Origin: a virus | Strand: one strand, 5' to 3' | DNA length: 64,000 nt | IMG/VR virus record: IMGVR_UViG_3300024581_003792 | Span: 1 to 64,000 of that record | Part shown: positions 34,834-45,401 of the stretch, piece after piece | Position numbering within the stretch: position 1 is the stretch's first letter | How the letters are laid out: each line of letters opens with the position of its first letter | Made by a program: the position numbers and the translations under genes | Notes under the pieces: model-generated | Database searches by the model: none | What the model was told of the DNA's origin: nothing | Seen by the model: the letters and a program-made list of their open reading frames with translations, nothing else

Positions 34834-35869
34834 AGAACAAAAACAATTTATTAGAGATAATTTTAAATCTAATCCTAATTTACTTGACTTAACAAGGCAA
34901 GTTTTTGAAGATCCAACTATAGACGGAAGAAGCAAAGAGGGTAGGGCTGTAAGAGAATTTCTGGCAGAAGAGCAATTAGAATACAAAACAACTAAAAGAG
35001 ATAAAGTTCCAGATATACAATTAACTGACGAGCAAATCGACTTCATAAAGGCTCAGGCCCAAAATAATTTAAGCGCTTATCAAATTGCAGAGATATTATT
35101 CCCTGATGTTAATGTCAAGCGTTTTTGCAAAGAACATATGACAATAGTTGAATTTCTGCGTGAATATGAGCCTGCATATGTCCACGAAACAGAAACGGCG
35201 TTAAATAAAACATATAATCCGCCAAAAATCTTTAGCACGGCGCTCAAGAAAATAAATACTTTCATAATTAAAGATATGCAGGAGGATAAATTATCTCATG
35301 ATGAGATAAGCTGCGTAGAATCTCTGATGCGTAGTTTATCGGCCCCTAGGTTTATTCAAGTCATCAGCAACTACAACAGCATGAAAGACAGAGAATTGTT
35401 TGAGGCAGAATTTGTAAGAGCTACATGGGACAAGCCAGATTTAACAAGTGATGAAATAAACTTATATATCAATGTGTGTGTTGATTATATTAATTTAAAG
35501 AACATATCTTCACATATAGAAAAACTTAATACAATGTTTAATGAAGTAGAAGATCAACAAGATATGACAGTTCGTTTAGCAGAAGTATTAAAGTCTAAAA
35601 CTGATGAATATGATAAGTGTGAAAAAAGAATGGAGTCATTAATTAAAAAATTAAATGGTGATAGAGCAGAAAGATTAAAAAATAAAAGACAGGATAATGC
35701 AACCATTATATCACTCGTAAAGAACTTTCAAGCCGAGTCAGAACGTCGAAGAATGATAGAATTAGCAGAGATGCAAAAAAAATTAGTTGAAGATGAGGTA
35801 ACTCGCCTTGATAATATGGAAAGCTGGAAAGCCAGAATATTAGGAATATCAAAACACGACTCAGTATGA
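34814..35869 (+). CDS. hypothetical protein (HTH-like and coiled coil)
   Basis: 351-aa ORF in the packaging operon. Confidence 0.7.
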   Translation: MTMKLSEEQKQFIRDNFKSNPNLLDLTRQVFEDPTIDGRSKEGRAVREFLAEEQLEYKTTKRDKVPDIQLTDEQIDFIKAQAQNNLSAYQIAEILFPDVNVKRFCKEHMTIVEFLREYEPAYVHETETALNKTYNPPKIFSTALKKINTFIIKDMQEDKLSHDEISCVESLMRSLSAPRFIQVISNYNSMKDRELFEAEFVRATWDKPDLTSDEINLYINVCVDYINLKNISSHIEKLNTMFNEVEDQQDMTVRLAEVLKSKTDEYDKCEKRMESLIKKLNGDRAERLKNKRQDNATIISLVKNFQAESERRRMIELAEMQKKLVEDEVTRLDNMESWKARILGISKHDSV

Positions 35870-36120
35870 AAAAAATTGAATTATTAGTAGGAGATTATGA
35901 ATACTCTCAAATAGAGGAAATATTTGAGAACGAAAAAGATTTCAAGCCGGTTAATGAAAAAGACCAAGTTATAATAAAAGCCTTAAAAGAAATCATTAAT
36001 AAAAAAAACTTAAAAGAAGAAAATGTTGGGGGCAAAGAGACTACCTCGACAACAGTTAAAAAAATCAAGGAACCAGAAAATAAGTCACTTGACGAAGGAA
36101 AGGTAGAATTTAAAGTATGA
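35866..36120 (+). CDS. hypothetical protein
   Basis: ATGA overlaps. Confidence 0.6.
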   Translation: MKKIELLVGDYEYSQIEEIFENEKDFKPVNEKDQVIIKALKEIINKKNLKEENVGGKETTSTTVKKIKEPENKSLDEGKVEFKV

Positions 36121-36374
36121 AAATTATCAGCGAAGAAGATAAAAATAAGATCATTGAAGGTGTCGCAACGGCTACTCTCAATTCTTTCAATATTAACGGG
36201 CTTGTCCAAGCCGCCAAGTTTTACTCTATTCATCTTGCTAACGAGCAATACTCGAATATGAAAGAAGACGAGAGATTAAAAATTCTTGACGAAATCAAAA
36301 AGGCCGAAGAAGCTGCTAAGCAGCCAGAGAAAACTGAGGAAACAGAAGAGCAAGAAGCTGTCGCTACCTCATAG
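36117..36374 (+). CDS. hypothetical protein
   Basis: ATGA overlap. Confidence 0.6.
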   Translation: MKIISEEDKNKIIEGVATATLNSFNINGLVQAAKFYSIHLANEQYSNMKEDERLKILDEIKKAEEAAKQPEKTEETEEQEAVATS

Positions 36375-36421
36375 TAACCTTTTATTTTATTGGGTTGCTA
36401 ATTTATTTATTTTGCTTTAGT

Positions 36422-37528
36422 ATGCCCGAAGAATGCAAGATATGCCACAAGTCTTATAAAAATAAGCGTGGCCTCCATCTTCATGTATCTAGAATGCATG
36501 ATCTTTCTGTGCCTGAGTATTACGTGCAAGTATACCAGCGTAAAGATAAATATACAGGCGAACTATTAGAGTTCAAAGATACGGTGGATTATTTTGCTCG
36601 AGATTTCTCTAGCTTAGAAAACTTTATTGCTTGGTCAGAAAACGCTCCTGAAGATAAAGTAAGGGAGACTATGCTAAATCAATTAAAAGCACGTATAGAG
36701 GGCAAGAAGCTACCCTATGCGCCCTCTCACCTAGAGTTGACCCTAAATAAGTTACCATCAATTGACTTGTTTAAGAGATTTTTTGGTTCTTACTCAAAAG
36801 CTTGCAGTGAAATTAACATAGAGCCTTTGTACGACAAAGCCATACCCTCTGGTTTTTTTAAACGTGAAAAAGAGCTAGATGATGTAAAGATCTTAATAGA
36901 TACAAGAGAGAGGAAACCTTTATCATTCAATAAATCAGCTAGTTTAAAATTAGATTTTGGAGATTATGCTGTTGGCTCGCCTCATTACAACTATACTTAC
37001 GTTGATCGCAAAGATGAAGGTGATTTCCGTAGCACTATGACCACTGGTTTTGATCGCTTTGTGCGAGAGCTCAAACGAGCCGAGGAGTTTGATGCTTTTC
37101 TTTTTATCGTAGTCGAGGGTTCAATAGAATCAATTATAAAAAATAATATAGTAAATCCAACTCAAAGTAATTTGCCTTTTATTTGGCATAATATGCGGCA
37201 ATTATCTCATGATTTTCCGCGCCGCTGTCAATTTATTTTTACTGGGCAAAATGGTAAAAAATTATTTAATCAATTAGATTATGAATTTTATTCTAATTAC
37301 AGTCTTCTTCACTCGAAGGCTGCGCAGCTGAAAGCTGAAGGCCAGAGAGATAAAGCAGAAAAAATTAATAAAAAATTATGGTTTATTAAAAAAGATGTTT
37401 TCAAACCAGCTTACGAGTCTTACGTGAGTCAAGCGAGAAAAGTATCAGAAAGATTAATACCTAAACTTTTAGTTCACGGCAAAAAATTATGGAGAACCGA
37501 CTTGCAGTACTTTTTAGATAAGCGATGA
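36422..37528 (+). CDS. C2H2 zinc finger plus ERCC4-like nuclease protein
   Basis: CKICHK...HLHVSRMH; IDTRE...GDY...VDRKDEGDF. Confidence 0.65.
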   Translation: MPEECKICHKSYKNKRGLHLHVSRMHDLSVPEYYVQVYQRKDKYTGELLEFKDTVDYFARDFSSLENFIAWSENAPEDKVRETMLNQLKARIEGKKLPYAPSHLELTLNKLPSIDLFKRFFGSYSKACSEINIEPLYDKAIPSGFFKREKELDDVKILIDTRERKPLSFNKSASLKLDFGDYAVGSPHYNYTYVDRKDEGDFRSTMTTGFDRFVRELKRAEEFDAFLFIVVEGSIESIIKNNIVNPTQSNLPFIWHNMRQLSHDFPRRCQFIFTGQNGKKLFNQLDYEFYSNYSLLHSKAAQLKAEGQRDKAEKINKKLWFIKKDVFKPAYESYVSQARKVSERLIPKLLVHGKKLWRTDLQYFLDKR

Positions 37529-39399
37529 CCTGGGAAGAAGGAAAGTTTTGTATCAGAAGTAATGGGCCAGACATTAATAAAGAATTAATGCAGGTCAAAG
37601 GGCATCTTGACGAGCAAGATGCCAAGTATCACCTTCATAACTTTTTAAGAGAAAACATAACATTTACAACGAATCTAATTGCGGGCGTAGACTTATTCCC
37701 TTTTCAGCATCTGGCAATTAAATCGATGCTAGAAACAGATTACTTTTTAGGTATCTGGAGTCGGGGTATGTCTAAATCATTTAGTACGGCTATATACGCC
37801 TTCCTTGATGCCATATTTAACCAAGGTGTCCAGATTGGTATTTTGGCGGCTACATTCCGTCAATCTAAAATGATATTTGAAAAAATCGAGGATATAGCTA
37901 ATAAGCCAGAAGCGCAGTTTCTGGCTCAATGTATCACAAAAAAATCAAAGAAGAACGACCAATGGACACTAGAAATTGGAGAATCTAAAATTATTGCTTT
38001 ACCATTAGGTGATGGATCTAAGTTACGTGGTTTTAGGTTTCATAGAATTATTATTGATGAGTTTTTGCTGATGCCTGAGCATGTGTACAATGAGGTTATA
38101 TTGCCGTTCTTGAGTGTTGTTCAAAATCCTACAGAAAGAGAAAAAGTCAGGAAACTAGAAGATCAGCTAATAGCTCAAGGAAAAATGAAGGAAGAAGATA
38201 GGCACCAATGGCCAAACAATAAATTAATTGCTCTTTCTTCTGCTAGTTATAAGTTTGAATATCTCTACAAGGTTTATGAAACTTTTGAAGATTTAATTCT
38301 AAATGGTGTTCCGGACGCAAAAAAAGATACATCAAAAAGAGTAATAATGCACTTTAGCTACGATGTTGCACCGCAAGCTCTGTACGATCAAAATTTGATA
38401 AATCAATCAAAGCAAACAATGAGTCAGTCTCAGTTTGATAGAGAGTTTAATGCTATATTTACTGACGACAGTAGTGGTTACTTTAAAACCTCAACCATGG
38501 CTTCATGTACAATCCCTGATGGGGATTCCCCTCATTTGGAAATCGCCGGCGAAAAAGATTCGAAATATTTACTTGCTTTTGATCCGAGTTGGGCTGAATC
38601 AGAAAGTTCAGATGATTTTGCCATACAATTATTTAAATTAAATGATAATACACAAACTGGTACATTAATTCATAGTTATGCCGTACCTGGTTTAAAGATG
38701 CAAGATCATATTAATTATTTTCACTACTTGTTAACTCATTTTAATATCGTTGCTGTGATTGGTGACTACGGTGGAGGTGTGCAATTTATGCAGGCGGCAA
38801 ACGCCAGCGAGCAATTTAATAAAAGCAATATTAACCTACAGGAGATAGTTGCCGACTTTGATAACCTAGAAAATTATCAAGATGGACTACTGGATGCAAA
38901 AAATCAATATAACTTAAAAGAAAAAAGGATATGCTTCCTGAGAAAACCAACCTCCGACTGGATAAGGCGCGCAAACGAGCTGCTTCAAGCAAATCTAGAT
39001 CATAAAAAAATATGGTTTGGATGCAGGCCATTAGATGAAAATTACCACAAAGAAATTAAGAAATCAGTGCCTGTAGATGAGCTTACATTTATGCCGAATC
39101 AAAAAGAAGTGCTAAAGAACGCTGGCAGCGGAAAGATTATTGATTTTCTTGATCACCAGTACGATATGGTAAATTATACTAAAAACCAGTGTGCACTGAT
39201 ACAAGTTTCCTCTTCACCTCAAGGCTCTCAAACATTTGGTCTGCCAAACAATTTAAAAAGACAGAGTGGGCCAAGTAAAACCAGAAAAGACTCTTACTCT
39301 GCCCTAGTGCTTGGCAATTGGATGATTAAGACTTATTATGACTTTATGAATGTAAAGAATGAGCCAATGGACACCACTTTTGTCCCTATAATGATATAA
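37525..39399 (+). CDS. terL: terminase large subunit
   Basis: LFPFQ, SRGMSKS (Walker A), LRGFRFHRIIIDE (Walker B), AFDPS and RKDSYSAL nuclease motifs. Confidence 0.88.
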   Translation: MTWEEGKFCIRSNGPDINKELMQVKGHLDEQDAKYHLHNFLRENITFTTNLIAGVDLFPFQHLAIKSMLETDYFLGIWSRGMSKSFSTAIYAFLDAIFNQGVQIGILAATFRQSKMIFEKIEDIANKPEAQFLAQCITKKSKKNDQWTLEIGESKIIALPLGDGSKLRGFRFHRIIIDEFLLMPEHVYNEVILPFLSVVQNPTEREKVRKLEDQLIAQGKMKEEDRHQWPNNKLIALSSASYKFEYLYKVYETFEDLILNGVPDAKKDTSKRVIMHFSYDVAPQALYDQNLINQSKQTMSQSQFDREFNAIFTDDSSGYFKTSTMASCTIPDGDSPHLEIAGEKDSKYLLAFDPSWAESESSDDFAIQLFKLNDNTQTGTLIHSYAVPGLKMQDHINYFHYLLTHFNIVAVIGDYGGGVQFMQAANASEQFNKSNINLQEIVADFDNLENYQDGLLDAKNQYNLKEKRICFLRKPTSDWIRRANELLQANLDHKKIWFGCRPLDENYHKEIKKSVPVDELTFMPNQKEVLKNAGSGKIIDFLDHQYDMVNYTKNQCALIQVSSSPQGSQTFGLPNNLKRQSGPSKTRKDSYSALVLGNWMIKTYYDFMNVKNEPMDTTFVPIMI

Positions 39400-39462
39400 A
39401 TCACAAAGTTAACTTTTAACTTTTAAAGTAGACTTTCAATTTCTTTGGTGTACTATAAATGT

Positions 39463-41487
39463 ATGCCTAGAAAATATACTAAAAAATCAGATTATTGGTC
39501 AAAGTTTAATACGTCTCATGGTTCATTAGAAGGAGAATCCATCCAAAAAAACATCGAAGATATTAAGCCTGCAAGCGCTGGTGATGCGTATTATACGGAA
39601 GCATCATACCAAAGAAATGTCAACCAAATTCAATCTGGAGAAAGTACGAGGGGAAGAAGAAACTTTACAGCTACAAACAAAAAGCCATCCAAGTATAAAA
39701 ACATACACGAATGCCCCCTTTCATATAGTAACGAAAAAAACTATATCAGCCCAAGGTCCTCTATCCTGCTTTGTCAAAAAGCTTACGCGAATATACCAAT
39801 CTTTAGAAATGCTATTGATGTAATGTCTGAGTTCTCTAATTCCGATATATATCTAGAAGGTGGCTCGGAAAAATCAAAAGCGTTTATAGAAAAATGGATG
39901 GAGAAAATAGAGATCTGGAAGCTCAAAGACCAGTATTTTAGAGAGTACTACCGTTCAGGTAATGTTTTTATGTATAAAGTAGACGCTAAGTTTACCGCAG
40001 AAGATTTATTGAAACTTAATAAAGTTTATGCTGCAGAAAATAAAATTTTACCTAATAGAAAAATACCTATAAAATATATATTCCTTAATCCTTATGATTT
40101 TGTAGCAGATAGAGTGTTATCTTTTAATGTACAAGATGGTGTTTATAAAAAAATACTAAGTGAATATGATATTCAAAGACTTCGTCACCCTCAAACGGAG
40201 TACGATAAGGAAGTATTTAATAATTTACCCCAAGACGCAAAAGACGGCATAAACAAAAAGTCTTTCAATCAAGAAGGTGTGCTTGTTAGTCTAGATCCCA
40301 AGAAGTTGCTCTTTTCTTTTTATAAGAAGCAGGATTATGAGCCATTCGCTACACCTTTTGGTTTTCCAGTTCTTGATGACATCAACTGGAAAATGGAGCT
40401 CAAAAAGGTAGATCAAGCTATAACAAGAACTATTGAAAACGTAATCTTATTGGTTACGATGGGCAACACTCCCGATAAAGGGGGAGTAAACCCAAACAAT
40501 CTAAAAGCTATGCAGGATTTGTTTCAAAATGAAAGCATAGGTCGGGCGCTAATAGCTGACTATACAACAAAAGCAGAATTTGTAATACCTGATCTTAATA
40601 AAGTATTAGGGCCTGTGAAATATGAAGTTGTGAATGAGGATATTAAAGAAGGGCTTCAAAACATTATCGTTGGTAAAGAAAATTACTCTAGCACACAAGT
40701 TAAAGCTCAAATTTTTCTAGAAAGATTGAAAGAAGCTAGAAATTCTTTTCTTAATGATGTGCTTCAGCCCCAAATTAAAGAGGTCTGCAAATCGATGGGT
40801 CTTAAAAACTTTCCTCAGGCTAAATTTGTAGAAATAGATATAAAAGACGAAGTGCAAATGCATAGAGTAACATCAAGACTTATAGAGATGGGTATTATTA
40901 CGCCAGAACAAGGCATGACAGCTCTCAAGCAAGGAGTTTATCCTAATCCTAAAGATTTATCACCAGCTCAAAGTAAATTTGTGTCAGAAAGAGAAAAAGG
41001 ATACTATACCCCATTGAGTGTATCCCAGCCAATACTATCAGAAGAAGAACAAGAGATGCAAAAGAACGCTTTAACCCAGCCAACCCCCACACCCAAGGTT
41101 GTTAACGATACAGGCAGACCAGCAGGCACTAAAACTAAAACAAACAATCTTATTGCCTCAGAAGATACTCATAGCAGGGCTGATATTCAATCTGTGATAT
41201 ATGCGGTTGAGGATTTAAATAAATTCATGGAGACCGAGCTAAAAAAGACATACAATAAAAAAAGATTATCGAAACAACAAAAAGAAATGCTAGCGAACTT
41301 ATCGGAAAGTATAGTTATGTCAAAAGACATGAATGAATGGGAGTCCTCCGCGTCTTCTTGCATAAAAGACTTTAATAATATAGAAAAATTAGACGTTAAG
41401 TCTGAGATATTAGATTTATGCGAGCAACACAGTATAGTATCATATCCTGCTGCTATTTTATATCATAGTAAAAAATCAAAAAAATAA
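39463..41487 (+). CDS. portal protein
   Basis: Between terL and the protease; size; IFRNAIDVMSEF and YYRSGNVF; start reassigned to the ATG after GTGTA. Confidence 0.75.
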   Translation: MPRKYTKKSDYWSKFNTSHGSLEGESIQKNIEDIKPASAGDAYYTEASYQRNVNQIQSGESTRGRRNFTATNKKPSKYKNIHECPLSYSNEKNYISPRSSILLCQKAYANIPIFRNAIDVMSEFSNSDIYLEGGSEKSKAFIEKWMEKIEIWKLKDQYFREYYRSGNVFMYKVDAKFTAEDLLKLNKVYAAENKILPNRKIPIKYIFLNPYDFVADRVLSFNVQDGVYKKILSEYDIQRLRHPQTEYDKEVFNNLPQDAKDGINKKSFNQEGVLVSLDPKKLLFSFYKKQDYEPFATPFGFPVLDDINWKMELKKVDQAITRTIENVILLVTMGNTPDKGGVNPNNLKAMQDLFQNESIGRALIADYTTKAEFVIPDLNKVLGPVKYEVVNEDIKEGLQNIIVGKENYSSTQVKAQIFLERLKEARNSFLNDVLQPQIKEVCKSMGLKNFPQAKFVEIDIKDEVQMHRVTSRLIEMGIITPEQGMTALKQGVYPNPKDLSPAQSKFVSEREKGYYTPLSVSQPILSEEEQEMQKNALTQPTPTPKVVNDTGRPAGTKTKTNNLIASEDTHSRADIQSVIYAVEDLNKFMETELKKTYNKKRLSKQQKEMLANLSESIVMSKDMNEWESSASSCIKDFNNIEKLDVKSEILDLCEQHSIVSYPAAILYHSKKSKK

Positions 41488-41519
41488 ATAATTATTAATT
41501 TTGGTGTAATACCATTGTT

Positions 41520-43106
41520 ATGAGTTTGCCTTTTAAATATACTAGTACTTTTTATCAAAATATATCCTTATCGAATACCAAGGAAGAAGAGCATATAAGC
41601 TCTGCCTCGCTTGAATCGCTGAAGCAAATTGCTCCAGAAGGTATAGATTTCGAAAAGAATATTGACTTAGTGGGAATAGCTTTCAACGCTGCAGTAGCTA
41701 ACCGATTCAATAAAAACGGAGACGGAATCGATAGCGCAACCGCCGTTGCAATCAAGGACTATTTTATACATAAACCAACCAACATAGAACACCAAAAACA
41801 AAAAATTGTAGGTCATGTTGTTGGCGCTTCATTATCTTCCTTTGAGGATAGTTCGATTATTACGCCTGAAGAGGCTATCGCTAGTGACGGCCCTTTTAAT
41901 ATAGCCTTATCGGCAGTAGTATATAAAACAGTTAATCCTGATTTTGCTGAGTTGGTGGAGAAATCTACCGATGAAGCTAGTGAGTTTTATCAGACCGTAT
42001 CCGCAAGTTGGGAAATTGGATTCAATGATTATAGTATTGTGGTTGGCAGCAAAGATCTTCACAAAGGAAGACTGATTCCAGAATCCGAAAAAGAAGAGTA
42101 TGCGCAATTCTTAAAGGCTTACGGAGGAAACGGAAGAACAGATAATGGAGAAGAAGTTTACAGATTGATCATGGGTGACATTTATCCGGTAGGTATTGGA
42201 TTTACAGCAAATCCTGCCGCCGAAGTAAAAGGTGTTGTCTTGTTCGATAAAAAACCTGATTACAAGGCCGAAGAAAATGACTCAAACAATAAAGCTTTTG
42301 ATCGATTAAAAATAAAAAATAATATTTTAAAAGAAAAAAGTTCCCATTTACCTGAAGGCGATGTAATTTTTAACAAGAGTAAAAAATCTAATAATATTAT
42401 GGAAAAAGAAATTCTACAACAAGTAACCGAGACTCTTGAGGCTCAAGCTTCATCTAAGAAGCTTTCCGAAGAGGCTATCGCTAATATCACAAAGGTTTTT
42501 CATGACGCTATTATTCAAAAAAATGATCAATGGCAAACAGATAAAGAAAATCTTTTAAAAGAAAAAGAAGAGCTGCAAAAGGCTGCAGAAGCATCTTCTC
42601 AAGAACTTGAATCACTCAAAAAAGAGCTGGCTTCAGTTAACGAAGAAATTTCCAGTTTAAAAACTGAAGTTTCCGCTCGTGAAGAAGCTGAACGCTTTAA
42701 TGAAAGAATGAGTGAACTTGACGACACTTTCGAACTAGAAGACGAAGATCGCGTAGTACTAGCTTCCGAACTTAAAAATCTTTCTACTTCAGAAGAAGCT
42801 TACGCTGAATACAAAGAAAAACTAAATATTGTATGGAAGCATAAGACAAAAGCCTTCAAGGAAGAACAAGAAAAAATTCTCAAAGATAGAATCGAAGAAG
42901 AAGTTCAAAAAAGACTCTCTAGCTTAGCAAGCAATTCAGAAGCATCCGAAGTATCATCCGAAGAAGCTGAAGAAGTCATTGAAAATGCTCAAGCAGAAGA
43001 GGAAGTTGTTGCAAACAACAATGCTGAATCAATCGAAGAAGAAATCTCACTGAGAGATAAATTTAAACAAGCTTTCTCAAGAGATAGCGTAGAAATCAAA
43101 TACTAA
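41520..43106 (+). CDS. prohead protease-scaffold fusion
   Basis: NKNGD, NIEH...IVGH, SASWE and GFTANPA protease motifs; acidic coiled-coil C-terminal half. Confidence 0.75.
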   Translation: MSLPFKYTSTFYQNISLSNTKEEEHISSASLESLKQIAPEGIDFEKNIDLVGIAFNAAVANRFNKNGDGIDSATAVAIKDYFIHKPTNIEHQKQKIVGHVVGASLSSFEDSSIITPEEAIASDGPFNIALSAVVYKTVNPDFAELVEKSTDEASEFYQTVSASWEIGFNDYSIVVGSKDLHKGRLIPESEKEEYAQFLKAYGGNGRTDNGEEVYRLIMGDIYPVGIGFTANPAAEVKGVVLFDKKPDYKAEENDSNNKAFDRLKIKNNILKEKSSHLPEGDVIFNKSKKSNNIMEKEILQQVTETLEAQASSKKLSEEAIANITKVFHDAIIQKNDQWQTDKENLLKEKEELQKAAEASSQELESLKKELASVNEEISSLKTEVSAREEAERFNERMSELDDTFELEDEDRVVLASELKNLSTSEEAYAEYKEKLNIVWKHKTKAFKEEQEKILKDRIEEEVQKRLSSLASNSEASEVSSEEAEEVIENAQAEEEVVANNNAESIEEEISLRDKFKQAFSRDSVEIKY

Positions 43107-43120
43107 TAGAGGAAAAAAAA

Positions 43121-43816
43121 ATGGCTAATAGACTACTACCATTCAGACAATATAACGAACACTTCGTGGTAAACTTGTTCGCTCTTAAAACATCAGAGCT
43201 GGACTTAACTGACCCTACGGAAAATACTCACGCTAAATCAGGCAAGCATGACGCCGGTGTGCTAGTAAAACCAACCGCTGCGATCCTTGATCTTGGTGCG
43301 GGTTATAGTGGATCTGGTGCTACTGCAGGCGAAGGTGATTCTGATCTTAACACATACATGGGTTCAACTGATTATCCTCATGTTGGTCGCAATGTTAATC
43401 CCGAAGCTTTTGGAAAATTTGAAGTTGCCGGAGCAACCGACGATATACTTGGTGTTACCTTGAATCAAACACTTGCATGGGATGAAAACGGTGAAAAAAT
43501 GCTTTACTATCGCCAAAAAGCCCTTGAACATCAAGGTGTTCTTCCCGGTGAAGTTGTGCCTATTTTAACTAAAGGAATTATCACTGTTGCTAAAACCGGA
43601 ATTACTGGAACGGCTCCTACTATTGGTGCGCCAGTTTATGCTGCTGCCAATGGTAAATTCACCAAGGATGCAGCGGGCGGCGCATCTACAAAAGTAGGTC
43701 TTTGTATTGGTAGAGGAGACCGCGACGGTGTTTATGATGCAAAACAAAAAGACTATTTTGCAGGAGATGGCACCAGCGGAGCCGGTAACTACTATATCAT
43801 CAAGATTGACCTTTAA
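43121..43816 (+). CDS. capsid decoration/cement protein
   Basis: Gly/Ala-rich ORF between scaffold and major capsid; GAGG Shine-Dalgarno. Confidence 0.6.
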   Translation: MANRLLPFRQYNEHFVVNLFALKTSELDLTDPTENTHAKSGKHDAGVLVKPTAAILDLGAGYSGSGATAGEGDSDLNTYMGSTDYPHVGRNVNPEAFGKFEVAGATDDILGVTLNQTLAWDENGEKMLYYRQKALEHQGVLPGEVVPILTKGIITVAKTGITGTAPTIGAPVYAAANGKFTKDAAGGASTKVGLCIGRGDRDGVYDAKQKDYFAGDGTSGAGNYYIIKIDL

Positions 43817-43840
43817 TTTTAAACAGAGGACTAAAATACA

Positions 43841-44920
43841 ATGAATATAACATTAAAAAGAACAGACGAGCAAGTAGAACTTGTAAAAGCTATGGCCTCT
43901 CGCAACAGAGATGTTGCTTACGAAGCTCAGCAAGCCTTGGCCGAATTCATCGGACCTGTATTAGCTGAAGTAGTAAATCAAGCACCCACTCTTAGTAACC
44001 TTTTCACAACGTTTCAGTTTAACGAAATGGATAGCCCAAGCATCCCTTTGGATCTTTACTATGATGTAACTGCTCCAGATTATGTAAAGGTTTACAGCAC
44101 AACCGTACCTGGTGGTCTTCCCACCAATACGGTAACGCCAACCGTTTCCGAGATGAAATTCAACACTTATCGTCTTGATAGTGCTGTTGATTTCGACAAG
44201 CGTTATGCTGCCAAATCTCGCATGGACGTTATTGGAAAAACTTTTACTCGCGTTGCCCAAGAAATCTTGCTTCGCCAAGAAGAAACTTCTGCTAATTTGA
44301 TTCTTGGATCACTGGCTGATGCAGAAACTAACGGACAAGGTCATACAATTTCTGCAACTGGTTCATCGCTTATTCTTGATGATTTCAACAAGCTTTTGAC
44401 TCTTGCAAAGAGAATCAACACTGCATGGACAGGTTCTGCTCCAGAAGGTGGACGCATCAAAGGAATTACTGATCTTATCATGTCTCCTGAAATGGTTCAA
44501 GGTTTGCGTAGCATGGCTTATAACCCAATCAACACAAAAGGTACTAAAAACGATATTCCTGCCACAGATGAAATGCGTAATGCTATCTACAACAACGGCG
44601 GAATTCCTGAGTTCTACGGAATCTCTATCATGGAAATCAATGAGCTTGGAAAAGTTGGTAGCGAAAAGCAAAAATTCGTTAACACATGGAATGCTCTTAG
44701 CAGCAACAGCGACGATGACTTGGTTATCGGTCTTGACCGTAGTCGAGAATCATTATTCCGTGCTGTTGCTCTTGATGCTGAAACCGGTTCTGAAATGAAC
44801 CTTCAAGCAGATGATCAATACAGTGTACGCCAGCAAAAAATTGGCTACTATGGATCAATGGAAGAAGGGCGCATGGTTCTTGATAACCGTGTATTAACCG
44901 GAATTAGAGTTTCGATCTAA
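43841..44920 (+). CDS. major capsid protein
   Basis: Position, size, GAGG Shine-Dalgarno, followed by a terminator. Confidence 0.75.
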   Translation: MNITLKRTDEQVELVKAMASRNRDVAYEAQQALAEFIGPVLAEVVNQAPTLSNLFTTFQFNEMDSPSIPLDLYYDVTAPDYVKVYSTTVPGGLPTNTVTPTVSEMKFNTYRLDSAVDFDKRYAAKSRMDVIGKTFTRVAQEILLRQEETSANLILGSLADAETNGQGHTISATGSSLILDDFNKLLTLAKRINTAWTGSAPEGGRIKGITDLIMSPEMVQGLRSMAYNPINTKGTKNDIPATDEMRNAIYNNGGIPEFYGISIMEINELGKVGSEKQKFVNTWNALSSNSDDDLVIGLDRSRESLFRAVALDAETGSEMNLQADDQYSVRQQKIGYYGSMEEGRMVLDNRVLTGIRVSI

Positions 44921-44944
44921 TACGGGTGCCTTACAGATCATTTC

Positions 44945-44974
44945 AAAAAATCCACCCGTAGCGGTGGATTTTTT
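44945..44974 (+). terminator. intrinsic (bidirectional) terminator
   Basis: AAAAAATCCACC-CGTAGC-GGTGGATTTTTT. Confidence 0.85.
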
Positions 44975-45026
44975 GTTTGTAGGTATTATTATAATTTAGT
45001 TAACATATAAGGTAAAAGGAAAAGTT

Positions 45027-45401
45027 ATGGCTAGAAAAAGAAAAGCACAAAAACAAGCTAAAAAAGAAATCAAAGAATTTAGCGACGGAAAAGATCATTT
45101 AGCTGAAGAAGCTGCAGAAGCTAGAAGTCTGGAGGAAATTATTGGGCGACCAGCAAAAAGCCCATTCAAGTCTTCTAGTTTAGCTGAATTTGAATCAAGC
45201 TTAAATCAAATGCAGTTGACTCAGATGCAAGAAATAGCGGTTAACGCGGGAGTATTTCCCTCAGGAACTAAAATGACGCTCAAGAACAAGCTTATTAAAG
45301 CTTTTAAGCAGCAGGCGCAGGGGGCAGGAAGGGTTGTGCAAGTAACTCGCCACCTCGTTGATCCTGGCTCGGATTTAGAAAAAAAGATTTTAGGTCGCTA
45401 A
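45027..45401 (+). CDS. hypothetical protein
   Basis: AAGGA Shine-Dalgarno. Confidence 0.7.
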   Translation: MARKRKAQKQAKKEIKEFSDGKDHLAEEAAEARSLEEIIGRPAKSPFKSSSLAEFESSLNQMQLTQMQEIAVNAGVFPSGTKMTLKNKLIKAFKQQAQGAGRVVQVTRHLVDPGSDLEKKILGR

